A DNA stretch of 36,593 nt. It comes from an uncultured Solirubrobacteraceae bacterium (lineage in GTDB: Bacteria; Actinomycetota; Thermoleophilia; Solirubrobacterales; Solirubrobacteraceae). The translations under genes were made by a program, and so were the position numbers. Location: positions 1-36,593 of the forward strand of contig CADCVT010000137.1 of the NCBI GenBank assembly GCA_902806215.1, in the 5' to 3' direction. This document shows positions 8,374-17,033 of the stretch, piece by piece; positions within the stretch are counted from its first letter, which is position 1, and each line of letters begins with the position of its first letter. Below the pieces are notes generated by a model that was not told the origin of the DNA, searched no databases, and saw nothing but the letters and a program-made list of their open reading frames with translations.

Positions 8374-9345
8374 ATGCGCTATCTGATCACCGGCGGGGCG
8401 GGGTTCATCGGCTCGCACCTTGCCGACGAGCTGCTCAGCCGCGGCCACCGCGTCCACGTCCTCGACGACCTGTCGACGGGATCGATCGCGAACATCGCGC
8501 ACCTCAAGCCCCGGCCGGACTTCGAGTACACGATCGACTCGTGCGAGTCCCCCTCGGTCGTCGCGGAGCTCGTCGACGAGTCCGACGTCATCTACCACCT
8601 CGCCGCCGCGGTGGGCGTCGAGCTGATCGTGCAGAGCCCGGTTCGCACGATCGAGACCAACGTCCGGTGCACGGAGGTCGTGCTCGACCGTGCGAACCGC
8701 AAGCAGAAGCCGGTGTTCATCGCCTCGACGAGCGAGGTGTACGGCAAGTCGCCGGCTCTGCCGTTCCAGGAGGAGGGCGACCTCGTGCTCGGAGCGACCA
8801 GCAAGGGCCGCTGGGCGTACGCATGCTCGAAGGCGATCGACGAGTTCCTGGCGATCGCGTACTGGAGGGAGCGCAAGCTCCCCACCGTCGTCGCGCGGCT
8901 GTTCAACACCGTCGGCCCTCGGCAGACGGGCCGGTACGGCATGGTCATCCCGAACTTCGTCCGGCAGGCCCTCGCCGGGCAGCCGATCACGGTCTACGGC
9001 GACGGCGCGCAGCAACGCTGCTTCTGTCACGTGCATGACGTCGTGCAGGCGCTCGCGGGGATCATGGAGCACGAGGAGGCGTACGGCGAGGTCTTCAACA
9101 TCGGCGCCGAAGAGGAGATCTCCATGCTCAAGCTCGCCGAGCGCGTGCGCGATCGCGCCGACTCGGACTCCGAGATCGTCCTGCTGCCCTATGACCAGGC
9201 GTACGGCCCGGGCTTCGAGGACATGGCCAGGCGCATCCCCGACCTCACCAAGATCAACGCGGTCCTCGGGTGGGCGCCGCAGCGCACCCTGGACGAGATC
9301 CTCGACGACGTGCTCGACCACCAGCGCGCCGGCGCGGGAGCCTGA
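8374..9345 (+). CDS. NAD-dependent epimerase/dehydratase, UDP-glucuronate decarboxylase (UXS/ArnA-C)-like
   Basis: YLITGGAGFIGSHL, HLAAAVGV, ASTSEVYGK, RWAYACSK, RLFNTVGPRQ, GDGAQQRCFCHV. Confidence 0.88.
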   Translation: MRYLITGGAGFIGSHLADELLSRGHRVHVLDDLSTGSIANIAHLKPRPDFEYTIDSCESPSVVAELVDESDVIYHLAAAVGVELIVQSPVRTIETNVRCTEVVLDRANRKQKPVFIASTSEVYGKSPALPFQEEGDLVLGATSKGRWAYACSKAIDEFLAIAYWRERKLPTVVARLFNTVGPRQTGRYGMVIPNFVRQALAGQPITVYGDGAQQRCFCHVHDVVQALAGIMEHEEAYGEVFNIGAEEEISMLKLAERVRDRADSDSEIVLLPYDQAYGPGFEDMARRIPDLTKINAVLGWAPQRTLDEILDDVLDHQRAGAGA

Positions 9346-9394
9346 CGGCCCCGGCCCGCATCGATCGCGCTCGCAGACCGTTTGAGTCCGGGAC

Positions 9395-10657
9395 GTGACG
9401 CTCGGATCCGATCAGGCGCTGTACGGCGCGCTCTGCGGGACGATCACACTTGTCGTCGTCGGCTGGCTGCTGTACGGCCTCGTCTCGCGGCTCGGGCGCA
9501 GCCGACCCGGGCTCTCGCTCACTCGGCCGCTGGCGGCGGCCGTGGCGGTGCGGCTGGCCGCTGCCGGGCTGTTCGCGGCGGTCCCCGCGCTCCAGTCCCT
9601 CCGTGGCCCGGACGAGCGCGTGTTCCTCGGCCTGGCCGCGGCGCTGGGGGAGGGATCGGTCGTGGTCTCGTGGCTGGGCGACCTGCACGTCCGCCTGTTC
9701 GCTCTGCAGTGGGCGGTCTTCGGCGAGGGCGGCGAGTTCCACCTGCGCGTGGGGCAGATCGGCCTCGCGGTCGCCGGCCTCACGCTCGCGGCCGTCGCCG
9801 TCCACGACCTGGCCGGCCCCCGGGCCGCGACGCTGACCGCGTGGATCATCGCCGTCGAGCCGAGCAACGTCTTCTTCTCGACGATCCTGCACAAGGAGGC
9901 GCCGATGATGCTCGCGGGCGGGCTGGGTCTGCTCGGCTGCGTGCGGATGTACCGTCGGCGCGACCTCACCGCCGCGCTCATCCTCGGGGGCGGCGTCCTC
10001 GTCGGCCTGGGCGCACGGCCGTACGCCGGCGCCGCCATCGCGGCCGCGGGGTTCGCGGTGACGCTGCACGCGTCGCTGCGCAGCGTCGGGCCGGCGCGGC
10101 GGCGGGCTCCGCGGATCGCCGCGGCATGCGTCGTCATCCCGCTGCTGGCGCTCGCCGCGGCGCCCACCACCGAAGTCTTCGCGCGGCTTCAGCTGTCGCA
10201 GAACGCGAACGTGTCGGACCAGGCCAACCTCACCCTGGAGCCGATCGACTTCTCCTCGCCCGTCGCGGTCGCGCGCAACCTCCCGCGCCGGGTGGCCGAC
10301 TTCCTCCTGCGCCCGTACCCGTGGCAGGTCGGCAACCTCAGCCAGCAGTTCGGCGTCCTCGGGACCTTGGTCGCCTGGCTGCTGTTCGTCATCGCGGGCG
10401 TGGCGGCGGTGCGCCGGCCACGGCGCCTCGAGCAGATCGTGCCGGCGCTGTACCTCCTGGGCGGCCTGATCGTCGCGTACTCGCTCAGCGCGGGCAACGC
10501 GGGCACGGGATTCCGCTACCGAACCCACGTGGTCGTGCTCCTCGCGGCCGTCGCCTGTGCCCTGGTGGTCGCGGCGCAGCGTCAGCGGCGGACCGGGGAC
10601 GAACCCGGTTCGCGCGCCGCTATGGTCCTCGACCGTGTCCTCGGCGAACGCTCGTAG
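9395..10657 (+). CDS. Polytopic membrane protein, putative Wzy-like polymerase / GT-C glycosyltransferase
   Basis: About 10 hydrophobic segments; GPDE after the first TMs, LHKE, ARPY, a soluble loop ending in RPYPW, and GNAGTGFRYR near the C-terminus. Located in a glycan locus. Confidence 0.6.
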   Translation: MTLGSDQALYGALCGTITLVVVGWLLYGLVSRLGRSRPGLSLTRPLAAAVAVRLAAAGLFAAVPALQSLRGPDERVFLGLAAALGEGSVVVSWLGDLHVRLFALQWAVFGEGGEFHLRVGQIGLAVAGLTLAAVAVHDLAGPRAATLTAWIIAVEPSNVFFSTILHKEAPMMLAGGLGLLGCVRMYRRRDLTAALILGGGVLVGLGARPYAGAAIAAAGFAVTLHASLRSVGPARRRAPRIAAACVVIPLLALAAAPTTEVFARLQLSQNANVSDQANLTLEPIDFSSPVAVARNLPRRVADFLLRPYPWQVGNLSQQFGVLGTLVAWLLFVIAGVAAVRRPRRLEQIVPALYLLGGLIVAYSLSAGNAGTGFRYRTHVVVLLAAVACALVVAAQRQRRTGDEPGSRAAMVLDRVLGERS

Positions 10658-11384
10658 ACGCCTGCCTGGGCCCGTCCTCGCGGCGCTGGCTCTCGCGCTG
10701 CCGGCGGCCGGATGCGGCGGCGACGGCGACGCGCCATCGGCGACGCGTCCCAAGGCCGAACGCCCGACCGCGGCCGTCGTCGCGGCGGCGCGCGACCCGC
10801 AGTCGTCCGTGTCCGTCGTCAAGCGGTACTGGCGGTTCGTCCAGGACGGGGCGCTCCCGGGCGCCATCTCGCTGTATGCCCCGGGGGTCGTCCGCACCAT
10901 CGGCGCCGGGACGTTCGCGGGGATGCTCTCGCAGCAGCAGCAGACCATCGCGACCGCCCGGCTCAACCCGCTGTACGTCGAGGCTGTTGCCGACGGGGTG
11001 ATCGTCGGGGTCGAGTCGCTGCCGCCGGCGGGCGCGAAGGCCAAGTTCTCGTACTACCTGCGCCGTGGACCCGATCGCGAGTGGCGCATCATCTACGACA
11101 CGTTCTCAGCGGCCGCGCTCCAGAGCTTCGTGCAGGCGCGCGTGCAGCGCTCCGTCGACCCGGACGCGAAGACGCCGTCGTCGAAGGCCGCCGCGGCAGC
11201 CGACGACATCGTCGACCGGTACCGGACCGCCGCGCTCGAGGGCATCGGGAGGCGTTCGACCGAGCGCGCCCGTCGGGCGCGGGGATCCGACGACGACCAG
11301 GCCGGCGAGTCCCGCGACGCGCCGGCTGACGAGCTCGGCGAGGTGCCTGCCGACGAGCCGCGAGGCACGCAGCCCGACGAGTGA
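10635..11384 (+). CDS. Hypothetical lipoprotein
   Basis: In-frame GTG at 10635 gives MSSANARRRLPGPVLAALALALPAAGC (lipobox), then a compact alpha/beta domain and an acidic tail. Confidence 0.7.
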   Translation: MSSANARRRLPGPVLAALALALPAAGCGGDGDAPSATRPKAERPTAAVVAAARDPQSSVSVVKRYWRFVQDGALPGAISLYAPGVVRTIGAGTFAGMLSQQQQTIATARLNPLYVEAVADGVIVGVESLPPAGAKAKFSYYLRRGPDREWRIIYDTFSAAALQSFVQARVQRSVDPDAKTPSSKAAAAADDIVDRYRTAALEGIGRRSTERARRARGSDDDQAGESRDAPADELGEVPADEPRGTQPDE

Positions 11385-12082
11385 GTGGGCGCGATGAGGC
11401 GAACCCGCGCCGCCGCCGGCTCGCGCCGCGGCCGGCGCTCCTCGTCGCGCTGCCCTTCCTCGTCTGCATAGCCGCCACCGCCGCCTTCGTGGCGACGCTG
11501 GAGGACGGCTACACGTCCACCGTCACCGTCGGCCTGGGCCCGCAGGTCGTCCTCGACGAGCTCGACGCGGTCCGCGGGGTGGATGCGGCCGGCGAGGCGG
11601 GCATCGCCCGCGCCGATCTCCTCATGGCCGAGAGGCTCGTCCCCCGGCGCCCGTGGATGCGCGGCCGGGTGCTCGACCACATCAGCATCGCTCGCAGCTC
11701 GGTCGGCCGTGATCTGTCCATCACCGCGCGCGGGCCGGACCGCGCCGCGAGCGAGCGTCTCGCCCTCGACTTCACCGCTGCCCTGGCCGGAGAGCGTGCC
11801 CGCGATCTCGATCGGGTCGTTCGCGAGCTTCGCGCCGCGGTCTCGCTCGAGCGCAGGCTCCGGGTCGGCGGCGCGGGCTCGCGGCGTGCGTTCGAGCGAG
11901 CGCGCGTGATCGCCCCGCTCGAAGGGGGCGGTCTCCTGCTCCCCGATCCGCTGCGTGTGAGCGAGACGCGTCCGGTGAAGCGTCCGGCGCGCGACCTCGC
12001 GGCCGCGGCGATCCTCGGCCTGCTGCTCTCGCTCAGCGCTCTCGCGTACCGAGCGCGAGCTCGGAGTAGAGCTCGCCCTTGA
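11381..12082 (+). CDS. Wzz/CapA-like polysaccharide co-polymerase (chain-length regulator-like)
   Basis: N-terminal TM followed by YTSTVTV, a helical extracellular region, and Pro-containing PVKRPAR before a C-terminal TM (AAAILGLLLSL). GTGA overlap with the upstream gene. Confidence 0.55.
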   Translation: MSGRDEANPRRRRLAPRPALLVALPFLVCIAATAAFVATLEDGYTSTVTVGLGPQVVLDELDAVRGVDAAGEAGIARADLLMAERLVPRRPWMRGRVLDHISIARSSVGRDLSITARGPDRAASERLALDFTAALAGERARDLDRVVRELRAAVSLERRLRVGGAGSRRAFERARVIAPLEGGGLLLPDPLRVSETRPVKRPARDLAAAAILGLLLSLSALAYRARARSRARP

Positions 12083-13196
12083 TCGCGAGCATCCGGTCCT
12101 CGCGGAACTCGCGCTCGACGCGCTGCCGTCCTGCGGCCCCGAGGGCTCGTCGCCGATCCGGATCGGCCAGCGCCTCACGAAGCCCCTGCGCGAGCGCGGC
12201 GGGTTCGCACGGCGGCACGAGCCAGCCGGTCTCGCCGTCACGGACGAGATCCTCGATCCCGTTGACCCGCGTCGCGACGACGGCGCGTCCGCACGCCATC
12301 GCCTCGAGCACCGTCGCCGGCATCCCCTCCCACAGGGACGGCTGGCAGTAGACGTCGGTCTCCGCCAGCAGGGCGCGGACGCCGGCGCTGTCCAGCGGCC
12401 CCGCGAACCGGACGTGCTCGGCGATGCCAAGGTCGTCGGCGGCAGCGCGGACTTGCCCGAGCGTGGGCCCTTCGCCCGCGAACACGAGGCGTAGGGCGAC
12501 GCCCTCGGCCAGGAGCTTCGACGCGGCCAGCACCAGATCGTGCTGGCGCTTGCGCGAGATGAAGCGGGCGACGCACGCGACCAAAGGGACGTCCGCGGGC
12601 ACGTGGTCGGGAACCCCCCACTCGGCGGTGGCGATGCCGTTGGGGATGTACCGGATGCGGCCGGGGGCGATGCCGTGCGCGTCGAGCAGGTGGGCCGCGC
12701 CTTCGGAGTTCGCGTCGTAGACGTCGACCAGCCTCGACGTCAGACGCTCGAGCGTCAGCACGAGACGCGACTTGAAGCTCCTCATGTCCTCGACCTCGGC
12801 CGGGTGCAAGCCCTGCACGCCCGAGACGAAGCGAGCCCGTGTCAGCGCGCGGACGAGGAACCGGGCGAGGAACGGGCCCTTGAACCCGTACGCGTGGACC
12901 ACGTCGTACCGGCCCCGGCGCAGGACTTGCCCGAGCCGCCAGGCGGTGATCGCCCAGCCTCGCCCGCCGAGCGGCCAGACGGCCACGCCCGCGGCCCGGA
13001 GACGCTGCGTGATCGGACCCCCGGGGGCGAGCAGCGCGACGTGGACGTCGAAGCGATCGCGTGCAAGCGCGGAGGCGAGCTTCACGACCATGAGCTCCGT
13101 GCCGCCGATGCCGTCGCATGTGAGGATCTGGAGGACCCGGACGCGCCGCGCGCGCTGGCTTCCCGCGCTCGTCTCGTCACTAGACTTCTGCGCCAT
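12033..13196 (-). CDS. Glycosyltransferase family 4
   Basis: RVLQILTCDGIGGTE, DVVHAY, IPNGI, VARFISRKRQ, EGMPATVLEAMACG (EX7E), VRDGETG. Start uncertain (ATG 13196 chosen). Confidence 0.93.
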   Translation of the reverse strand: MAQKSSDETSAGSQRARRVRVLQILTCDGIGGTELMVVKLASALARDRFDVHVALLAPGGPITQRLRAAGVAVWPLGGRGWAITAWRLGQVLRRGRYDVVHAYGFKGPFLARFLVRALTRARFVSGVQGLHPAEVEDMRSFKSRLVLTLERLTSRLVDVYDANSEGAAHLLDAHGIAPGRIRYIPNGIATAEWGVPDHVPADVPLVACVARFISRKRQHDLVLAASKLLAEGVALRLVFAGEGPTLGQVRAAADDLGIAEHVRFAGPLDSAGVRALLAETDVYCQPSLWEGMPATVLEAMACGRAVVATRVNGIEDLVRDGETGWLVPPCEPAALAQGLREALADPDRRRALGAAGRQRVEREFREDRMLAIKGELYSELALGTRER

Positions 13197-13257
13197 CACG
13201 CCAGAGTCCTCGCCTTCGTTCCCCGCGGGGTCACCGCCATCAAGCCTCACCAGTCTG

Positions 13258-14217
13258 TTGCGGTGCCCGGCCACCGGCGGCCGGCTGGAGTTCGACGGCT
13301 CCGCCCGGCTGACGGCGGCGGGCGTGTCGCGCAGCTACCCGATCGTCCGCGGCGTCCCGATCCTCGTCGTGGAGGAGCGTAGCCTCTTCTCGCCCGACGA
13401 CTACGTCGACGAGGACGTCGTCGCGGGCCGCTCGGGCACTCCGGCGGGCCGACTGGTCCACGCCGTCGGCCGGCGCCTGCCCGCGCTGTCGCCCAACGTG
13501 GGGACGGACGACAACCTCGCCGAGCTGGCCGAGCAGGTCAGGGCCCTCGTCGGCGGTCGGCGCGCCCGTGTGCTCGTCGTCGGCGGGGCGGTCGACGGCG
13601 TCGGGTTCCCCTCGTTCCGCGCGGGCCTCGACGACGCAGAGATCATCTCCGTCGACGCCGCGTTCGGCCCGTCGACGGACGTGGTGTGCGATGCGCACGA
13701 CCTCCCGTTCGAGGATTCGGTGTTCGACGCGGTCGTCTGCCAGGCCGTTCTCGAGCACGTGGCCGACCCGCAGCGCGTCGTGTCGGAGATCCACCGGGTC
13801 CTGCGTCCCGGTGGGCTCGTCTACTCCGAGGTCCCGTTCCTTCAGCCCGTGCACGCGGGTGCCTACGACTTCACGCGCTTTACCCAGGTCGGGCACCGCC
13901 GCCTCTACCGCTGCTTCGACGAGCTCCGCAGCGGCGCCCAGGGAGGCCCCGCATCCGCGCTGGCCTGGTCGCTGGCCTACTTCGCGCGAGCGGTCATGCC
14001 GACGCGGCCGCTCCGGCTCGCGGCGTTCGCCGCCACCGCCGTCATGGTCTCCTGGCTGCGTCATCTCGACCGCTTCCTCGTCGGCCGGCGCGCGGGGATC
14101 GACGCTGCCTCGGGCACCTTCTTCCTCGGCAGGCGGCGCGATTCGCCGGTCGACGACCGCGAGGTGATCGCGAGCTACCGCGATGAGAGCGGCGCGTTCC
14201 ACTACGACCGCTGCTGA
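13258..14217 (+). CDS. Class I SAM-dependent methyltransferase with N-terminal Trm112-like segment
   Basis: 3' part of the 12772..14217 ORF: LRCPATGGRL..YPIVRGVPIL, RVLVVGG, CDAHDLPFEDSVFDAVVCQAVLEHV, HRVLRPGG, PFLQPVHAGAYDFTRFT. Start uncertain (TTG 13258). Confidence 0.88.
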   Translation: MRCPATGGRLEFDGSARLTAAGVSRSYPIVRGVPILVVEERSLFSPDDYVDEDVVAGRSGTPAGRLVHAVGRRLPALSPNVGTDDNLAELAEQVRALVGGRRARVLVVGGAVDGVGFPSFRAGLDDAEIISVDAAFGPSTDVVCDAHDLPFEDSVFDAVVCQAVLEHVADPQRVVSEIHRVLRPGGLVYSEVPFLQPVHAGAYDFTRFTQVGHRRLYRCFDELRSGAQGGPASALAWSLAYFARAVMPTRPLRLAAFAATAVMVSWLRHLDRFLVGRRAGIDAASGTFFLGRRRDSPVDDREVIASYRDESGAFHYDRC

Positions 14218-14265
14218 CCCCTCCTAAGAGCGTCGGACCCCGCCGTCAGACCGGAATCCGACGCT

Positions 14266-16989
14266 ATGATCGGATGTTCGGCCGTGGTATCTCGTGCGCC
14301 CGTATCCGCTCGACTTGTCTCGCCGGAACGCGTGCGGACCGCGCTTCCACGCCGTGCTGCGGCGACGGTCGCGGTGGCCGCCCTCGTGCTCCTGATGCTC
14401 GCCGCGCACGCGGCGCACGCCGCGACGCGTCCCGGCTCGCCGTACGACGACCGCGCGATCGACGTCGATGACGCGGCGGACGCGGTGGCGACGCGGGCCG
14501 AGCTGCGGCGCTTCGTCTGGGGCGACGGAGGACTCCCCGCCGACAAGCTCCCGCTCGTTGAGCACGACGTGGCCTCCCCGGTCAGCGGGCTCGTCAACCT
14601 ACGGCGCGTCGACGCGCTGCGGGTCCCGATGGTCGTCGGGGTGACGGGAGTGGCGTACCACTTCATCCCGGAGGAGGGGGCGAAGGGGCGGCTCATCGTC
14701 GTCCACCAGGGCCACTCCTGCAAATTGCAGGACAGCATCGGCGTCGCGAACACAGGCGAGGGGATCCAGCGGACGATCGCCGGAGCGCTCGCCCACGGCT
14801 ACGGCGTGCTGGCCGTCCAGATGCCGGCCAGCAGTCCGGACAACTGCCGGCCGGGCGATCACGCCGACCTGTTCGCCTTCACGAAGCCGCCGCTCGGCAA
14901 CGCGATGCGGTACTTCCTCGAGCCGACCGCGGTCGGGTTGAACTACGTCGCGACCCAGGGCGAGGAGGACGGCTTCGCCCCCTACGGGGAGTTCGCAATG
15001 GTCGGTCTGTCCGGCGGCGGCTGGGCGACGACCGTGTACTCCGCCATCGACACCCGGATCACCCGCAGCGTCTCGGTCGCCGGCTCGCTCCCGCTCTACC
15101 TGCGGCAGGGGAACTCGATCGGCGACGAGGAGCAGTTCCACCAGGCGTTCTACGCGCGCGCCGGCTACCTCGACCTCTATCTGCTGGCGTCGTCGGGAAC
15201 CGGGCGCGTCCACCGCGAGGTACAGATCCGTCGTGACGAATGCTGCTTCGGCGCCGCGCCGTCACAGTCGCTCGCCGACGAGAACGGCCAGACGTTCGAC
15301 GAGGCCGTCGCGGAGTACACCGGCGCAGTCCGTGCGCGCCTGTCCACCGTCGGCCCGGGCACCTTCCGCGTCGACATCGACGAGGCCGGGACGGGGCACA
15401 GGATCACCAACGAGCTGCTCACGTCGCTGGTGTGGCCGACACTCGCCCGCACCGGCGACGGCCCGCCGCCGGCGTTCCCTCCGCAGGACTTCCCGCCGGA
15501 GACGTTCCTGCGCGGGGCGCCCGAAGGCGCGACGAACAAGACAGGGGCTTCGGTCGAGCCGTCGTCGGATGTCGCGAACCCAGGCTTCGAGTGCAGGCTC
15601 GACACCGGCGCGTGGGCGCGCTGCACGTCGCCGCACACGCTGTCGGGGCTGGCCCCGGGCGAGCACGTCCTCGCCGTCCGCGCGAAGGATCGCACCGGCA
15701 GCACCGACCGCTCCCCCGCCACCGCGACCTGGACGGTCGACACCTCGCCGCCGACGACCTCGCTCGACGCGACCGAGGGCTTGAGCCGCGAGCCATCGGC
15801 GGGCCCGGTCTTCGCCTCGTCGGAGGAGGGCTCGACGTTCGAATGCGCCCGCGACGGGGGCGACTGGGCGGCGTGCACCTCCCCGTTCCGCCTCGATGAC
15901 CTCCCCGACGGCGAGCACACGTTCTCGGCGCGTGCCGTCGACGCGGCCGGCAACGTCGACCCCGCGCCTCCGGTCGCGCGCTGGACGATTGACACCGCAC
16001 CGCCGCTGACTTCGATCGAGGCGGCGCCCACGGGCGTGATCCGCGAGCGATCCGGCGATCCGCGGCTCGGGTCCTCCGAGGAGGGCTCGACGTTCGAGTG
16101 CCGCCCCGACCAGGGCGAGTGGGAGCCCTGCGACGCGATGCCGAAACTCCGCGACCTGGCCGACGGCGAGCACACGTTCTCGGCGCGGGCGACGGACGCG
16201 GCCGGCAACACGGACCCGGCTCCGCCGATCGCGCGCTGGCGCGTCGACACGACGGCGCCCGAGACCTCGATCACGGCCATCGCCACGGCGGGCGCGGGTG
16301 AAGCCGGGACCCGCGTTGACTTCGCATCGACCGAGGTCGGCTCGCGGTTCGAGTGCAGCCTCGACGGCGGCGCACCCTCCGCCTGCTCGTCCCCGCACGT
16401 CCTCGGTGCCCTGGCCGAAGGCGAGCACGCGCTCGCGGTCCGCGCGATCGACGCGCTCGGGCATGCCGATCCGACGCCCGCCACCGTGACATGGACGGCC
16501 TTCGCGCCGCGCATCGTGACGGCGCCGCTGGCGGCGATGCCGCCCGCTCAGCCCGCTGCGCGGGTTGTGCCGGCCCTCGTCCCGACCCCGGCCGCCGGGA
16601 TCCCGGGCGTGCGCTTCATCGTGGGTGCCGGATCGACGGCCCCCTCCCCGGCCGCGCCGCGGTTCGCCCGCCGGACGCGGCGCATCTCGGCGGGCAGGAT
16701 ACGCGCACTGCGGACGACGACCGGGACCGTCTCGTTCCGGGCGATCCTGCGCGGATCGCGACCCCGCACGCTCGAGCTCGGGCGCAGACGCCTCTCCTTG
16801 CGCGCCGGCCGGTCGGCGCCGCTCACGCTCAGGCTGTCGAAGCGCCGGCACGACGAGCTGCGCGCCGCGGGCACCGTCGAGATCGTGGTGACCGTGCGGA
16901 TCGTCAGGGGCGGCACCGTGGGGTCCGTGTCCTCGCGCGGCCAGGTCGCGATCGGCCGCAAGCGCGCCCGCACCGGCGGGGCGCGATGA
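14266..16989 (+). CDS. Secreted alpha/beta-hydrolase (esterase-like) with four Ig-like repeats and a basic C-terminal module
   Basis: Signal peptide ending AHAAHA; VVHQGH, GLSGGGW (Ser 15010), candidate Asp in RRDECCF (15235) and His in GTGH (15397); four ~84-aa repeats. The true start may be slightly downstream (GTG 14284 or 14332) because TATGAT at 14265 looks like a -10 box. Confidence 0.75.
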   Translation: MIGCSAVVSRAPVSARLVSPERVRTALPRRAAATVAVAALVLLMLAAHAAHAATRPGSPYDDRAIDVDDAADAVATRAELRRFVWGDGGLPADKLPLVEHDVASPVSGLVNLRRVDALRVPMVVGVTGVAYHFIPEEGAKGRLIVVHQGHSCKLQDSIGVANTGEGIQRTIAGALAHGYGVLAVQMPASSPDNCRPGDHADLFAFTKPPLGNAMRYFLEPTAVGLNYVATQGEEDGFAPYGEFAMVGLSGGGWATTVYSAIDTRITRSVSVAGSLPLYLRQGNSIGDEEQFHQAFYARAGYLDLYLLASSGTGRVHREVQIRRDECCFGAAPSQSLADENGQTFDEAVAEYTGAVRARLSTVGPGTFRVDIDEAGTGHRITNELLTSLVWPTLARTGDGPPPAFPPQDFPPETFLRGAPEGATNKTGASVEPSSDVANPGFECRLDTGAWARCTSPHTLSGLAPGEHVLAVRAKDRTGSTDRSPATATWTVDTSPPTTSLDATEGLSREPSAGPVFASSEEGSTFECARDGGDWAACTSPFRLDDLPDGEHTFSARAVDAAGNVDPAPPVARWTIDTAPPLTSIEAAPTGVIRERSGDPRLGSSEEGSTFECRPDQGEWEPCDAMPKLRDLADGEHTFSARATDAAGNTDPAPPIARWRVDTTAPETSITAIATAGAGEAGTRVDFASTEVGSRFECSLDGGAPSACSSPHVLGALAEGEHALAVRAIDALGHADPTPATVTWTAFAPRIVTAPLAAMPPAQPAARVVPALVPTPAAGIPGVRFIVGAGSTAPSPAAPRFARRTRRISAGRIRALRTTTGTVSFRAILRGSRPRTLELGRRRLSLRAGRSAPLTLRLSKRRHDELRAAGTVEIVVTVRIVRGGTVGSVSSRGQVAIGRKRARTGGAR
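15487..16500 (+). repeat. Four tandem Ig-like domain repeats (252/252/255/255 nt)
   Basis: Units begin at 15487, 15739, 15991 and 16246, with consensus D.xP.T..(S)..FEC..D.G....C.SP..L..L..GEH....RA.D..G..D..P....W. Units 2 and 3 share identical DNA runs (gaggagggctcgacgttcga; gacggcgagcacacgttctcggcgcg). Confidence 0.9.
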
Positions 16990-17033
16990 TCCCGAGTTCC
17001 CGAGGCAGATCGTCGGCAAAGGACGCAGAGACT

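Noticed and set aside
15487..16500. Direct DNA repeats as a CRISPR array or mobile element
   Set aside because: They are in-frame ~252-nt protein domain repeats with no spacer structure, cas genes or transposase.
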